From: an uncultured Chloroflexia bacterium
GTDB lineage: Bacteria > Chloroflexota > Limnocylindria > QHBO01
Assembly: GCA_963827475.1 (NCBI GenBank)
Contig: CAWHAZ010000004.1
Span: 96,001-160,000, forward strand
Direction: 5' to 3'
Length of the DNA: 64,000 nucleotides
Shown: one piece after another, positions 1-12,615 of the stretch
Layout of the letters: every line of letters begins with the position of its first letter
Position numbering within the stretch: position 1 is the first letter of the stretch
The notes under the pieces: model-generated
What the model was told of the DNA's origin: nothing
What the model saw: only the letters and a program-made list of their open reading frames with translations
Database searches by the model: none
Made by a program: the position numbers and the translations under genes

Positions 1-159
1 GCCGCTTGCCGCGAGCTCCTCCACGGCTTCGGCGATGCCACCGGGATCGGGGGCGCCGGTCGCCGCGGTCAGGGTTTCCAGCGCCACCGGTCGGCCGTCG
101 CGCACAAGGAGCGCGAAGGCGGTGCGTCGGACGAGCTCGACCTGCTCAGCGCCAGCCAC
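1..159 (-). CDS. 5' part of a gene running off the window edge; winged-HTH N-terminus resembling organomercurial lyase (MerB)-family proteins
   Basis: Open frame from GTG 159: VAGAEQVELVRRTAFALLVRDGRPVALETLTAATG...VEELAASG; overlaps the glycerate kinase 3' end. Only 53 codons are visible. Confidence 0.35.
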   Translation of the reverse strand, partial: MAGAEQVELVRRTAFALLVRDGRPVALETLTAATGAPDPGGIAEAVEELAASG

Positions 160-1323
160 GGGAGCCCAGCCGCCTACCGATGCCGATGCCGCGTGCGAGG
201 CGCGCGGCGGCGTTGGCCAGCAGCCGCTCGGTGTCGGCCATCGCCGTCTCGAGGTCGGTGGGGCGATCGACGATGGGCTGGACCACGGCAAACACGCCGG
301 AGGCCTCGACGATCTCCGCTCCGGGACCGAGTCCCCCGCACAGGAGCAGCACCGGCGCGCGACCCGCGTGGTGGGCCACGCCGAGGGCCGCCTTGCCGGC
401 CAGGGTCTGCTCGTCGGCGCGGCCCTCGCCGGTGATGACGATGTCCGCGCCCTCGCACGCCGCTGCCAGGCCAACCAGCTCGGCCACGACCTCGACCCCG
501 GGCCGGACCTGCGCGTGGGTGAACCCCAGCAGGCCGGCGGTCGTGCCGCCCGCGGCCCCCGCGCCGGGCACGTCGACCACGTCCCGGCCCGTGGCCCGGC
601 GGATCTCGGCACCCCATCGGCCAAGCGAGCCATCGAGCTCGGCCACCGCCGCCGGGTCGGCGCCCTTCTGCGGGGAGAACGAGGCGGCCGCTCCCCGAGG
701 TCCGACCAGGGGGCTGGTCACGTCCGACGCGATGACGAGCTCGACCGCGTCGAGTCGCGGGTCGAGCGTGTCGGTCTCGACATGGTCCACGGCGGCGAGC
801 GCCGCGCCGCCGTCGGCGATGGCCTCGCCTCGGGCGTCGAGCAGGCGCAATCCAAGCTCGGCCAGCAGCCCCGACCCGCCGTCCGTGGTCGCCGACCCGC
901 CGAGACCGATGACCAGGCGCGTGACCCCGGCGTCCAGCGCGGAGCGGATGACCAGGCCCGTCCCCCGGGTCGAGGCCACGCGCGCGATGGCGGGGGTCCG
1001 CTCGGACGGGGCGAGGTGGGCCAGGCCGCTGGCGGCGGCCATCTCGACGAAGGCGGTGGCTCCGTCGTCGAGGGCGAGCCAGTCGGCGGTGATGTCGCGG
1101 CCCAGCGGGTCGACGGTCCCGACCGACCGTCGGTCGATGCCGTCCCCCATCGCGGCCGCGATCGCGGCCAGGGTCCCCTCGCCGCCGTCGGCCATCGGGA
1201 TCATGACGATCTCGTCGTCAGGACGGGCTGACGCCCAGCCGCGGGCCATGGCCGCCGCGACGGCCACCGAGTCGAGCGCGCCACCGAACGAGTCGGGAGC
1301 CACGACCACCCGCAGGGCGGGGC

Positions 1324-1327
<4 letters not shown>
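146..1327 (-). CDS. glxK: glycerate kinase (GlxK/GarK family)
   Basis: Motifs VVVAPDSFGG, PMADGGEGT, VEMAAASGL, IGLGGSATTDGG, GAGAAGG, ITGEG; GTGA coupling to the upstream gene. Confidence 0.92.
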
Positions 1328-3257
<1,930 letters not shown>

Positions 3258-3258
<1 letters not shown>

Positions 3259-4544
3259 CAGGCTTCGCCCGACGCCTGAGCCTGCCACGCCCGCACCAGC
3301 CAGGGCTTGAGGTCCTCGAACTCGCGGGCCTGGCCTTCGACCAGTCGTTCGGCCTGCTCATCGGTCATCTCGCGAGCCTCGCTGATGAAGCCCGCGGTCC
3401 GTCCGAAGTAGAGGCCGGTGAGCCCGGCCAGCAGCGCCTCGCGGTCGGTGCCCGGCCGCTGGAAGGCCAGGAGCGCGTCGTACAGGCAGCGGATCCACAG
3501 CTCGGATGGGAACCCGAACGCCTCGGCCGACTCGGCGGGAAGGGTGAGCACCCGCTCGAGCTGCTCGCCGCCGAGGATGCGCTTCCACACCGCCGCCTGG
3601 GCCAGGCGGGCGGTCTCGAACGCGTCGACGAGCTTCAACTGGTTGACCGTGATCGGCTCCGGCAGAACCACCCGCTCGAAGCCGTATTCGGGCACCGGTT
3701 GCGAGCCCCGGATCGGGAGCCACGTCTCGGCCTGCTCCCCGGCCATCCGGAACAGGGTCCCCACCACCTGGCGGAACATCGGCCCCAGGTCGGACGCGGG
3801 GTCCTTCGGGTCGTGGATCTTGGCCCCCAGGCGGGTCTGGCACACCGCGTAGCCACCGGCCAGGGCGTGATGGGTCATCCACACGTCGATCCCGAAGCGG
3901 GCCGTCGCGTCGTCCCAGTCGGGGTACTCCAGCAGGGCGTGGACCAGGTCACGGCTGATCGCGAACTCGCCGCCGATGGGCTGACGGATCCGGCGGCCGT
4001 ACAGGGACCGGGTCAGCGGGAACGCGATGTTGTTCGTGATCGTGCCGTCGAACTTGTGCCGGGCGTAGAGCGGCGCGACGTAGTCGTAGCCGCCCTTGAG
4101 GATCGGGCCGGCCAGGAGCTCGATCCACTCCGGCACGATGGAGCGCAGGTCGGAGTCGACGAGCACAAGAGCCTCGACCTTCAGCTCACGCGCCACCTCG
4201 AGCAGCGCTCGCACCGCCGATCCCTTGCCGTTGGTGCCTCGGTAGGTCACCGCCATCCGTCGGAGTCGATGCGGCGGACGGACGAGGATCATCCGCTCGA
4301 TGTACTCGGGGCTCTCGGTGCTGACCGCGACCCTGGGGGTGTCGTCCTCCGAGCCGCCGTCGGCGTTGACCAGGACCGGCTTCAGGTCGGGGAAGTACTG
4401 GACCATGCCGGCCATCGCCGCCCGGACGACGTAGCCGATGGTCTCGGCGTTGCCGAAGCTCGGAATCCCGACCATGAGGTCCGCTTGGCCGACCCCACGC
4501 ACCGCGGACCGACCGCGCGCATCGAGGGCGGAGGGGACGCTCAC
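3258..4544 (-). CDS. GT-A glycosyltransferase, glucosylglycerate synthase (Ggs)/mannosylglycerate synthase-like
   Basis: VGIPSFGNAETIGYVV, GKGSA, DSDLRSI, YARHKFDGTITN, RQPIGGEF, FGIDVWMT, KIHDPKDP; adjacent to gpgS and glycerate kinase. Confidence 0.75.
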
Positions 4545-5257
4545 CGCCGGATCTCGTGCTTGCGACGTCCCTTCCAGAACAGCCCCTGAACGCCCGGCGC
4601 GCGATCGGACTCGATCGTGATGATGATCCAGTCAGGGCTCACCGTCCCCGGCTGGTAGCGGGAGTTGGCGTGCTTCACCACCGCCCGGCTGAAGCCGTTC
4701 TCCCGCCAGGCGTGGAACCACGAGCCGACCGGCATCCGGACCGATGGGGTGACTCGCAACCGGACCCCCTCGTTGATCAGGCCGCCGAGCAGCCGGCGCC
4801 GCTCGGCGAAGGGCAGGTCGCCGAGGTTCTGACCATCCAGCTCGAGGACGTCCACCACGACGAAGGCTCGTCGCGTCTCGAGCTCCTCGGGCGCCGGCAG
4901 GACCTCCGGCGGATCGGAGGCTTCCTCCGCCTCCTCGGCGATGGCCTCGGCCCAGCGTTCGGCGGCCGAGCCGTGGCCGAGGAACGGCTGCGCGGTCCAG
5001 ATCCCGTCCAGGATCGCCTGGTCCGCGTCCACCGACGTGGCCAGCACCTGGGCCAGGTCGCGGTAGAAGTCGTCCACCGCGTTTCCCTGGGCATCGGTCA
5101 GCGATACCCGGTCTCCGGAGATCCGCGCCATCAGCCGGTCGCCGATCCAGTACGGCTCGAAGAACCAGTGCGGGCTGTTGATCCCCACCTTCGCTTCCGC
5201 GGCGAACTGGGGCAGGATGGCGTTCGGGTTGACGGGCGCGGTGGTCGGCTCCGTCAT
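4541..5257 (-). CDS. ATP-dependent DNA ligase adenylation-domain homolog with degenerate catalytic motifs
   Basis: WFFEPYWIGDR (cf. WxxExKxDGxR), ILDGI, FVVVDVLELDG, PFAERRRLL, SRYQPG, DWII. ATG 5257 is ATGA-coupled to the helicase stop. Confidence 0.7.
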   Translation of the reverse strand: MTEPTTAPVNPNAILPQFAAEAKVGINSPHWFFEPYWIGDRLMARISGDRVSLTDAQGNAVDDFYRDLAQVLATSVDADQAILDGIWTAQPFLGHGSAAERWAEAIAEEAEEASDPPEVLPAPEELETRRAFVVVDVLELDGQNLGDLPFAERRRLLGGLINEGVRLRVTPSVRMPVGSWFHAWRENGFSRAVVKHANSRYQPGTVSPDWIIITIESDRAPGVQGLFWKGRRKHEIRR

Positions 5258-6534
5258 CGGTACAGGTTGAGCTCCCCTTCCTCCACCTCGACGCCCACCT
5301 CGGCCTTGATCGCCTGCCAGGCGTCGAGATCCCACTCGGCCACGAAGGTGATCGCGGTCCCGGTGCGGCCGGCGCGCCCGGTCCGCCCCACGCGGTGGAT
5401 GTAGGTGTCGGCGTCCTCGGGGATGTCGTAGCTCAGCACGTAGGGCAGGTCGACGATGTCGAGCCCGCGGCTGGCGACGTTGGTCGCGACCAGGAACTGG
5501 ATGGCGCCGGCCTTGAAGGCGGCCAGCGTCCGCTCCCGGTCGCGCTGCGACAGCCCGCCGTGGAGCGCGGCGACGTTCCGGCCGCGCCGCTTCAGCGAGG
5601 TGGTCAGGCGGTCGACCCCGATCTGGGTGTGCCGGAAGACGAGCAGGCGATCGAAGCCGAACGTGTCGGCCAGCTCGACCAGGGCGGCGGCCTTGTCCTG
5701 CTCGGCGACGAAGTACACCAGCTGCCGGGTCGTCGCCACCGTCCGCAGCTCCGGCCGGACGGAGATGTGCTCGGCGTCCCGGCGCATGAACCGGTCGCAG
5801 ATGCGGAGGATGGCGTACGGCATCGTCGCGCTGAACAGCGCGGTCTGCCGCTGCCGCGGGCAGCGGGCCAGGATCGTCTCGACGTCGACGATGAAGCCCA
5901 TGTCGAGCATCCGATCGGCCTCGTCGAGGATCACGATCCGGACCGCATCCAGCCGCAGCTCGCGTCGGCGAATGAGGTCGAGGACGCGGCCGGGGGTGCC
6001 GACCACGACCTGCGTGCCCCGATGGAGCGCGTTGATCTGGCGATCCATGGCCGCGCCGCCGTAGATCGCCACCGTCTTGACGTTTCGGAGGCGGCCGATG
6101 CGCCCGATCTCGTCGGTCACCTGCTGGCACAGCTCGCGGGTGGGGGTCAGGACCAGCGCCTGGACCGATGGGTTGGCCGGATCCACCTGCTCGACGATCG
6201 GGATGCCAAAGGCCGCGGTCTTGCCCGTCCCCGTCTGGGCCTGACCGATGAGATCGCGCCCGGCCCGAAGCGGGGGGATGGACCGGGCCTGGACCTCGGT
6301 CGGGGTGACGTAGCCCATCTGCTCGAGGGCCCTGGCGATGGTGACCGGGACCTCGATCTCGCCGAACCGGTAGCCGGACGCGGCGGCCAGGACGGCGGCC
6401 GTGAGGGCATCGTCGGCGGGTGACGATGGCTCGGTGGGCGGGTCGACGGGGACGGGCTGGCGGCCGTCAGAGGCGGGCGAACGAGATGAGCGGCGGCGGG
6501 TTCGGCGACGGGGTGCGGTGGGAGTTGGCGGCAA
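5254..6534 (-). CDS. DEAD-box RNA helicase
   Basis: Q motif GYVTPTEVQ, AQTGTGKT, PTREL, TPGR, DEAD, SAT, SRGLD, HRVGRTGRAG. TTG 6534 is preceded by GGAG. Confidence 0.95.
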   Translation of the reverse strand: MPPTPTAPRRRTRRRSSRSPASDGRQPVPVDPPTEPSSPADDALTAAVLAAASGYRFGEIEVPVTIARALEQMGYVTPTEVQARSIPPLRAGRDLIGQAQTGTGKTAAFGIPIVEQVDPANPSVQALVLTPTRELCQQVTDEIGRIGRLRNVKTVAIYGGAAMDRQINALHRGTQVVVGTPGRVLDLIRRRELRLDAVRIVILDEADRMLDMGFIVDVETILARCPRQRQTALFSATMPYAILRICDRFMRRDAEHISVRPELRTVATTRQLVYFVAEQDKAAALVELADTFGFDRLLVFRHTQIGVDRLTTSLKRRGRNVAALHGGLSQRDRERTLAAFKAGAIQFLVATNVASRGLDIVDLPYVLSYDIPEDADTYIHRVGRTGRAGRTGTAITFVAEWDLDAWQAIKAEVGVEVEEGELNLYR

Positions 6535-6597
6535 ACAGGGCTCCGAGATGCTGTGAAATGTGGTGCGGTCGGATCGTAGCACGGCGACCCGGCAACC

Positions 6598-6635
6598 TTG
6601 ACCAGGGCTCCTGATCCGGTTGATACTGTGTCTCA
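6598..6635 (+). promoter_or_regulatory. sigma70-like promoter overlapped by a Fur/Zur-type operator
   Basis: TTGACC (6598)-N18-GATACT; near-palindrome TGATAC-TGT-GTCTCA at 6621-6635 immediately before the ZIP-Fur operon. Confidence 0.55.
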
Positions 6636-6638
6636 GGT

Positions 6639-7385
6639 ATGCCACCGCTGCTGTGGGCCATGTCCGCCACCGCCGTCCTCTCCGCCCTCACCGGCGGAGT
6701 GATGGCCCTGCGCCTCGTGCGGCAGGTCGGCTACGTCATCGCGGTCGGGGCCGGTATCCGGATCGGAGCGGCCTTCTTCGACCTCCTGCCGGAGTCGGTC
6801 GAGCTCATGGGCGGGCGCACGACGCTGGCGATGGCGTTCGCGGCGGTCGGGTTCCTCGCCTTCTACGTCATCGAGAAGGTCACCCTCCTCCACCTCGGCC
6901 ACGAGACAGCCACCGAGCTGGACCATGACGACGCCGCCCATCGCCACGTCGGCCTGATCGGGGCCGGGGCCATGTCGGTCCACAGCCTGCTCGACGGGGT
7001 GGCCATGGCGGCCGCCTTCCAGGCCAGCCCCGAGCTCGGTTTCGTGGTCGGCCTGGTCGTCGTGATCCACCGCTTCAGCGACGGGATCGGGATCGTCAGC
7101 CTGCTGCTGGCCAATCGGGTTCCGCGGTCCGCCGCCATGCGATGGGTCTTCCTCGTCAGCCTGGCCCCGGTCCTCGGGGTTGCGGTCACCGCCTTCTTCG
7201 TGATCCCCGACGAGGTGCTCGGCGCGCTGCTCGCCACGTTCGCCGGTTTCTTCCTGTACGTCGGCGCGGCCGAGCTGCTGCCGGAGGCGCACCGCAACGA
7301 GGGCTCGCGGTGGGTCATCGCCGCAACCCTGGCCGGGGTGGCGGCCATCATGCTCATGAGCGTGGGCCTGGAGCCGCAGCTGTGA
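6639..7385 (+). CDS. ZIP-family (ZupT/GufA-like) metal transporter
   Basis: Multi-TM; AFFDLLPES, His-rich loop, HSLLDG, HRFSDG, AGFFLYVGAAELLPEAH. Confidence 0.9.
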   Translation: MPPLLWAMSATAVLSALTGGVMALRLVRQVGYVIAVGAGIRIGAAFFDLLPESVELMGGRTTLAMAFAAVGFLAFYVIEKVTLLHLGHETATELDHDDAAHRHVGLIGAGAMSVHSLLDGVAMAAAFQASPELGFVVGLVVVIHRFSDGIGIVSLLLANRVPRSAAMRWVFLVSLAPVLGVAVTAFFVIPDEVLGALLATFAGFFLYVGAAELLPEAHRNEGSRWVIAATLAGVAAIMLMSVGLEPQL

Positions 7386-7837
7386 GCGCCGCCACGGCCC
7401 GCCGCCTGCGGCGGGCGGGTCAGCGGGTCACGAGCCAGCGGCTGGCGGTCGCGGCCGCGCTGTCCGCGTCTCCCCGCCAGGTCACTGCCCAGGAGCTCTG
7501 GGAGCGCATGCGCCCGCGGCACCGACGGCTCGGCCGCGCGACGGTGTTCCGCACCCTCGAGGCGCTCAGCGAAGCGGGCCTCGCCCGCCGCCTGGAGCAG
7601 GACGGCCACGTCTACGCCTACGTCGCGTGCCGACCGCCGCACCACCACCACCTCGCCTGCCGGGTGTGCGGGACGGTGGAGGAGGTCGGGGAGGACCTGG
7701 TGGCGGACCTGTCGCGCCGCGCCCGGCGCGAGCTGGGATTCGAGATCGAGGATGCGCGGCTGGACTTCTACGGGGTCTGTCGCCGCTGCACGGCCGACGC
7801 GGCCGCGGCCGGCGGGACCGCGACGGGCAGCAGCTAG
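7382..7837 (+). CDS. Fur-family transcriptional regulator, probably Zur
   Basis: RVTSQR, LGRATVFRTL, HHHHLACRVCG, FYGVCRRC; GTGA-coupled to the ZIP gene. Confidence 0.9.
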   Translation: MSAATARRLRRAGQRVTSQRLAVAAALSASPRQVTAQELWERMRPRHRRLGRATVFRTLEALSEAGLARRLEQDGHVYAYVACRPPHHHHLACRVCGTVEEVGEDLVADLSRRARRELGFEIEDARLDFYGVCRRCTADAAAAGGTATGSS

Positions 7838-8967
7838 CCCCTGACCGGGACCGCGACTCGCTCCGATCGGGGTGCGGGTTCGCCGTCAGCCGCTGCCGAG
7901 CCGTCGTCGGCATCGGTCCCACGACCGCCCGCATCCGCGGGCCCGCCGGATCGTCCGTGGTGGCGCGGGGCCCGCGGCTTGCGCTTCGCGTAGCCGGTGG
8001 GGTGCGACAGCTTCCAGGCCCACGCATCGGCCAGCATCTGCTCGAGGGAGGACTCGCGCGGCGACCAGCCGAGGTCACGGCGCGCTCGCCGGGACGAGGC
8101 CACCAGCCGGGGCGGGTCGCCGGAGCGGCGGCGGACGACGCGGGCCGGGATCGCCCGCCCGGTGACCTTGCGGGCGGCCTCGATCACCTCGCGCACGGAG
8201 AATCCCGCGGCCGAACCGAGGTTGTAGACCTCGAACGAGGGCTCGGCCTCGCCGGTCGCCTCCAGGGCGAGGAGATGGGCGGAGGCCAGGTCGCGCACGT
8301 GGATGAAATCGCGGATGCAGGTCCCGTCCGGGGTGTTGTAGTCCTGGCCGAAGATCCGGACGTCGGGCAGCTCCCCGGCCGCGACCTTCAGGACGAGCGG
8401 GATGATGTGGGTCTCCGGGTCGTGGTCCTCCCCGTTGCGCTCGGTGGCGCCGGCGACGTTGAAGTAGCGCAGGCTGATCGCCCGGAAACCGTGGCACGCC
8501 GCATACCAGCGCATCGCTCCCTCGAACGCGAGCTTCGTCTCGCCGTACGGGTTGATCGGCTCGGTGCGGTCGGCCTCCGCGATCGGCACCCGCTTGGGCT
8601 CGCCGTACACCGCGGCGGTGGAGGAGAACACGATCCGCGGCACGCGCCGCTCGCGCAGGGCCTCGAGCAGCTTGACCCCGTTCGACACGTTCTCGCGGTA
8701 GTACAGCTCCGGGTGCTCCATCGACTCGCTGATCAACGAGCGCGCGGCGCAGTGGAGCACGGCCTGGATGCGGTGCTCGCGGAGCACGCGCTCGACGCGG
8801 TTCTGGTCGGACAGGCTGCCGACGATGAGCCGCGCGCCGCGGATGACCGCGTCGCGGTGCCCGGTCTTCAGGTTGTCGTAGACCGTGACGTCGTGACCGC
8901 CGTCGACGAAGCTCTCGACGCTCGTCGAGCCCACGTACCCTGCGCCACCGACAACCAGAATCCGCAC
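7834..8967 (-). CDS. galE: UDP-glucose 4-epimerase
   Basis: GGAGYVGS, FSSTAAVYG, YGETK, LRYFNVAGA, PDGTCIRDFIHVRDLA. Confidence 0.93.
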   Translation of the reverse strand: MRILVVGGAGYVGSTSVESFVDGGHDVTVYDNLKTGHRDAVIRGARLIVGSLSDQNRVERVLREHRIQAVLHCAARSLISESMEHPELYYRENVSNGVKLLEALRERRVPRIVFSSTAAVYGEPKRVPIAEADRTEPINPYGETKLAFEGAMRWYAACHGFRAISLRYFNVAGATERNGEDHDPETHIIPLVLKVAAGELPDVRIFGQDYNTPDGTCIRDFIHVRDLASAHLLALEATGEAEPSFEVYNLGSAAGFSVREVIEAARKVTGRAIPARVVRRRSGDPPRLVASSRRARRDLGWSPRESSLEQMLADAWAWKLSHPTGYAKRKPRAPRHHGRSGGPADAGGRGTDADDGSAAADGEPAPRSERVAVPVRG

Positions 8968-9170
8968 GCCTTCAACCCGGCCGCGTCAGGCGACAGACCG
9001 ATGGACGGGCAGGGCAGCCCGTCGGGCACTGACACTCATGCGGGGAGGGCTCCTCCGATGGGTCCGGCCGCCGATTGTAGCAGCGGCCCACGCGCGCTCC
9101 GAGAGTCGTGAACCTCGCCTGTGGTGCGTTGGCGCACCACTCGGTGCATCGGCGCCGTGCCGACCGTGCC

Positions 9171-10539
9171 TCAGGCGGGCGACGAGCCGTGCGCCTCGCG
9201 GGCCAGGCGGAGCAGGGTGTCGCGCTCGTTCCGCCGCGGATCGTCGAGGGCGGCTTGCAGAAGGAGGTCGAGGAGGCGACCGACCTCCGGGCCGGGCTCC
9301 ACGCCGAGCTCCCGCATCAGGTCGGTGCCATCGACCGCCAGCTCCGAGACGCTGAGCACGGCCGTCGAGGCGAGGGCGGCGACCCGTGCCTCGAGCTCGG
9401 CTGCGGCCGCGTCGCGGGCCTCCGGGCCGGCGGACGCGGCGGTGTCCGCCCGGCGCAGCGCGAACAGGTCGGTCATCGACCGGCCCGGCCCGATGCGGCG
9501 GATGAAGCGCCGGACGGCGGCATCGGTCCAATCCGGGCTGTACAGGATCATGTGGTGGCGGACCAGGTGGGTGACACGCTCGATGTCCGCCCGGGGCAGG
9601 GCGAGGGCGTCGAGCCGCTGTCCCACGAGCTCGGCCCCGACGGCTCTCATGACCGATGAAATGGCCGTCGGCACCGGTGCGCGCCTTGCCCACGTCGTGC
9701 AGCAGTCCGGCAAGGCGCAGCGTCGGGTCGGTGGCCGGGAGCGCGTCCGCGGCCCGCAGGGAGTGGTCCAGCGCATCGCCCCCGAGCAGCTTTCCCTGCT
9801 CCACCCCGCGCAGGGCGGCGAGCTCGGGGAGGATCACGGCCAGGATCGCGAGCCGCTCCATGAGCAGGAACGCGGGCGCCGTCGCCCCGTCGAAGGCCAG
9901 GAGGCGGAGCAGCTCATCACGAATCCGCTCCCCGGAGAGGCGTCCCGCGGCATCGGCCAGGCGGGCCATGGCCGCCTCGGTCGCCGGGTCGAGGCGCAGG
10001 CCGAGGGTCGTCGTGAACCGCACGCCGCGCAGAAGGCGCAGGGCGTCCTCGGTGAAGCGTTGCTCCGGGTCTCCCACCGCGCGGAGGAGCCCGGTGGCGA
10101 GATCCTCCCGGCCGCCGAACGGGTCGACGAGGTGGCCCCGGCCCGCATCGAGGTCATCGGGAACCCAGGCCATGGCGTTGATCGTGAAGTCGCGGCGGCC
10201 GAGGTCATCGGTCAGCTCGGTCGCCCAGCGGACCTCGTCGGGCCGCCGGCCGTCGGTGTAGCCCGACTCCGAGCGGTAGGTCGTGACCTCCACGTCCATC
10301 GGTCCGGAGCGAACCGTGACCGTCCCGAAGATGTTCGTCCAGGTCGTGTCGGGGAAGAGGCCGGCCACCGTCTCGGGGGGCGCGGCCGTCGCTACGTCCC
10401 AGTCGTCCGGGTGGAGGCCGCGGACGAGGTCGCGGACGCAGCCTCCGACCAGCGCGGCCTGGTGGCCGGCGGCAGCGAGGGTCTTCAGGACGGTGGCGAC
10501 GTCAGCGGGGAGCGCCAGCGTCCCCAGGTCGGAGCTCAG
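9171..10539 (-). CDS. cca: CCA-adding tRNA nucleotidyltransferase with HD domain (frameshift near 9645)
   Basis: VGGCVRD, DWDVAT, RRDFTINAMA, EDALRLLR, LLHDVGK; C-terminal part (VRHHM..AVRRF..LAVDGTDLMRELG..PGPEVG) is in another frame. Start is CTG 10539 (CTGA overlap) or GTG 10578. Confidence 0.85.
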
Positions 10540-11063
10540 GTCCGTGAGGGCTCGTCCACGAACAGGAACGTCCGCCACGCATCGTTCCGCTCATCGGTCA
10601 GGTAGGAGCCGTACAGGTAGCGCGCGTCGGCGCGTGGGGCGCGCGGCTCGCGGCGGAGGAACATGTGCGTCTCGGCCAGCGTCTTCGACCCCTTTCGGTG
10701 GTTGCAGCGCCGGCAGGCGGCGACGAGGTTCTCCCATTCGTGGCGGCCGCCGCGGTGGCGGGGAACGACGTGGTCGATGGTCAGGTCGTGGGTCACCGTC
10801 CCGCAGTACTGGCACGTGTGCCGGTCCCGGGCGAAGACCTCGCGCCGGCTGAGCTTGACCCGTGGCTGGGGGCGCTTCACGAGGTACACGAGGCGGATGA
10901 CCGATGGCGCCTCGTAGGCTCGGGTCACGGTGTGGATGACCTGGTGGTTGCGCGCGATGAGCTCCGCCTTCTCCGCGCCGAGCAGCCGGAAGGCACGCCT
11001 GATGTCACAGACGTTGAGCGCTTCGTAGTTCTGATTGAGGACCAGGACCGGTGCGTTGAGCAA
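10536..11063 (-). CDS. HNH endonuclease (stand-alone HNH family)
   Basis: [54 protein letters not shown]. Confidence 0.9.
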   Translation of the reverse strand: MLNAPVLVLNQNYEALNVCDIRRAFRLLGAEKAELIARNHQVIHTVTRAYEAPSVIRLVYLVKRPQPRVKLSRREVFARDRHTCQYCGTVTHDLTIDHVVPRHRGGRHEWENLVAACRRCNHRKGSKTLAETHMFLRREPRAPRADARYLYGSYLTDERNDAWRTFLFVDEPSRT

Positions 11064-11113
11064 TCTCCGCCTCCAGTGGCCGCGATCATAGCCGAGCGTA
11101 CAATGCGGGCCTC

Positions 11114-12016
11114 ATGACGACCATCGAGCAGCCCCCGCAAACCTCGACCTGGGCCACCAAGGTCGGGCTGGCCCGCATGCTCGCCGGCGGGGTGATCATG
11201 GACGTCGTCACCGCCGACCACGCCCGCATCGCGGAGGAGGCCGGGGCGGTGGCGGTGATGGCCCTCGAGCGGGTCCCGTCCGACATCCGCAAGCACGGCG
11301 GCGTGGCCCGCATGAGCGACCCGAAGCTGATCGAGGAGATCAAGCAGGCGGTGACCATCCCGGTCATGGCCAAGTGCCGGATCGGGCACTTCGTCGAGGC
11401 CCAGATCCTCCAGTCGCTGGAGGTGGACTACATCGACGAGTCGGAGGTCCTCACCCCGGCCGACGAGGCGCACCACATCGACAAGCACCAGTTCGCCGTC
11501 CCGTTCGTGTGTGGCTGCCGCGACCTCGGGGAGGCGCTCCGGCGGATCGGCGAGGGGGCGGCCATGATCCGGACCAAGGGCGAGGCGGGGACCGGGAACA
11601 TCGTCGAGGCGGTGCGCCACATGCGGGCCGTGCGGTCGGGAATCGCCCAGCTGCGCGCGATGCGCGAGGACGAGCTGTTCGCGGCCGCCAAGGAGCTCCG
11701 CGCCCCGCTCGAGGTGGTCCGCCAGGTGGCGGAGATGGGCGAGCTGCCGGTCCCGAACTTCAGCGCCGGCGGTGTCGCGACCCCGGCCGACGCGGCGCTC
11801 ATGCGCCAGCTCGGGGCGGAAGCCGTGTTCGTGGGCAGCGGAATCTTCAAGTCGGAGCACCCCGAGAAGGTCGCCAAGGCCGTGGTCAAGGCCACCACCC
11901 ATTACGACAACCCCGACATCCTGGCCGAGGTCAGCGCGGGCCTGGGTGAGCCGATGCGGGGCCTGGAGCTGGCCGAGATTCCCGACCAGGAGCGGCTGGC
12001 CTCCCGGGGTTGGTAG
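11114..12016 (+). CDS. pdxS: pyridoxal 5'-phosphate synthase lyase subunit
   Basis: [51 protein letters not shown]. Confidence 0.97.
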   Translation: MTTIEQPPQTSTWATKVGLARMLAGGVIMDVVTADHARIAEEAGAVAVMALERVPSDIRKHGGVARMSDPKLIEEIKQAVTIPVMAKCRIGHFVEAQILQSLEVDYIDESEVLTPADEAHHIDKHQFAVPFVCGCRDLGEALRRIGEGAAMIRTKGEAGTGNIVEAVRHMRAVRSGIAQLRAMREDELFAAAKELRAPLEVVRQVAEMGELPVPNFSAGGVATPADAALMRQLGAEAVFVGSGIFKSEHPEKVAKAVVKATTHYDNPDILAEVSAGLGEPMRGLELAEIPDQERLASRGW

Positions 12017-12615
12017 ACCGCGATCGCCGACCGCGGATCGGCATCCTCGCCGTGCAGGGGGACGTGGCCGAGCACGCTGCCGCGCTGCGCGACGTCGGGG
12101 CCGAGCCGGTCGAGGTCCGGCTGCCGCGTGACCTGGCCGGCGTCGAGGCCCTGATCCTGCCCGGCGGGGAGTCGACCGCCATGCGGCGGCTGATCGACGG
12201 GTACGGCCTGGCCGAGCCCATCCTCTCCCTGGCCGCCTCCGGCGCACCGCTGTGGGGCACCTGCGCGGGCATGATCCTGCTCGCGCGCCGGATCGCGGAC
12301 GGGGATCCTCCGACCCTCCCCCTGCTGGACATCGAGGTGCGACGCAACGCCTACGGGCGCCAGCTCGACTCGTTCGAGGCCGATCTCGCCGTGCCCTCGC
12401 TGGGCGACGAGCCGATCCACGCGGTCTTCATCCGGGCGCCGGTGGTGACCGATGTCGGTCCGGGCGTCGAGGTGCTGGCGACCGATCCGATGGGCCGCAC
12501 GGTGGCGGTCCGCGAAGGGCGTGTCCTGGCCACCGCGTTCCACCCCGAGCTGACCGGGGACCGTCGCTTCCACCGCGCCCTGCTCGAGCTCATCGGCGCC
12601 GAGGCACGGGCATGA
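12010..12615 (+). CDS. pdxT: PLP synthase glutaminase subunit
   Basis: ILAVQGD, PGGEST, GTCAG, RNAYGRQ, FIRAP, FHPEL. Confidence 0.96.
   Translation: MVDRDRRPRIGILAVQGDVAEHAAALRDVGAEPVEVRLPRDLAGVEALILPGGESTAMRRLIDGYGLAEPILSLAASGAPLWGTCAGMILLARRIADGDPPTLPLLDIEVRRNAYGRQLDSFEADLAVPSLGDEPIHAVFIRAPVVTDVGPGVEVLATDPMGRTVAVREGRVLATAFHPELTGDRRFHRALLELIGAEARA

Noticed and set aside
10536-11063. HNH nuclease as a mobile element or defence system
   Set aside because: It is a stand-alone conserved family coupled to cca, with no methylase, transposase, repeats or compositional shift nearby.
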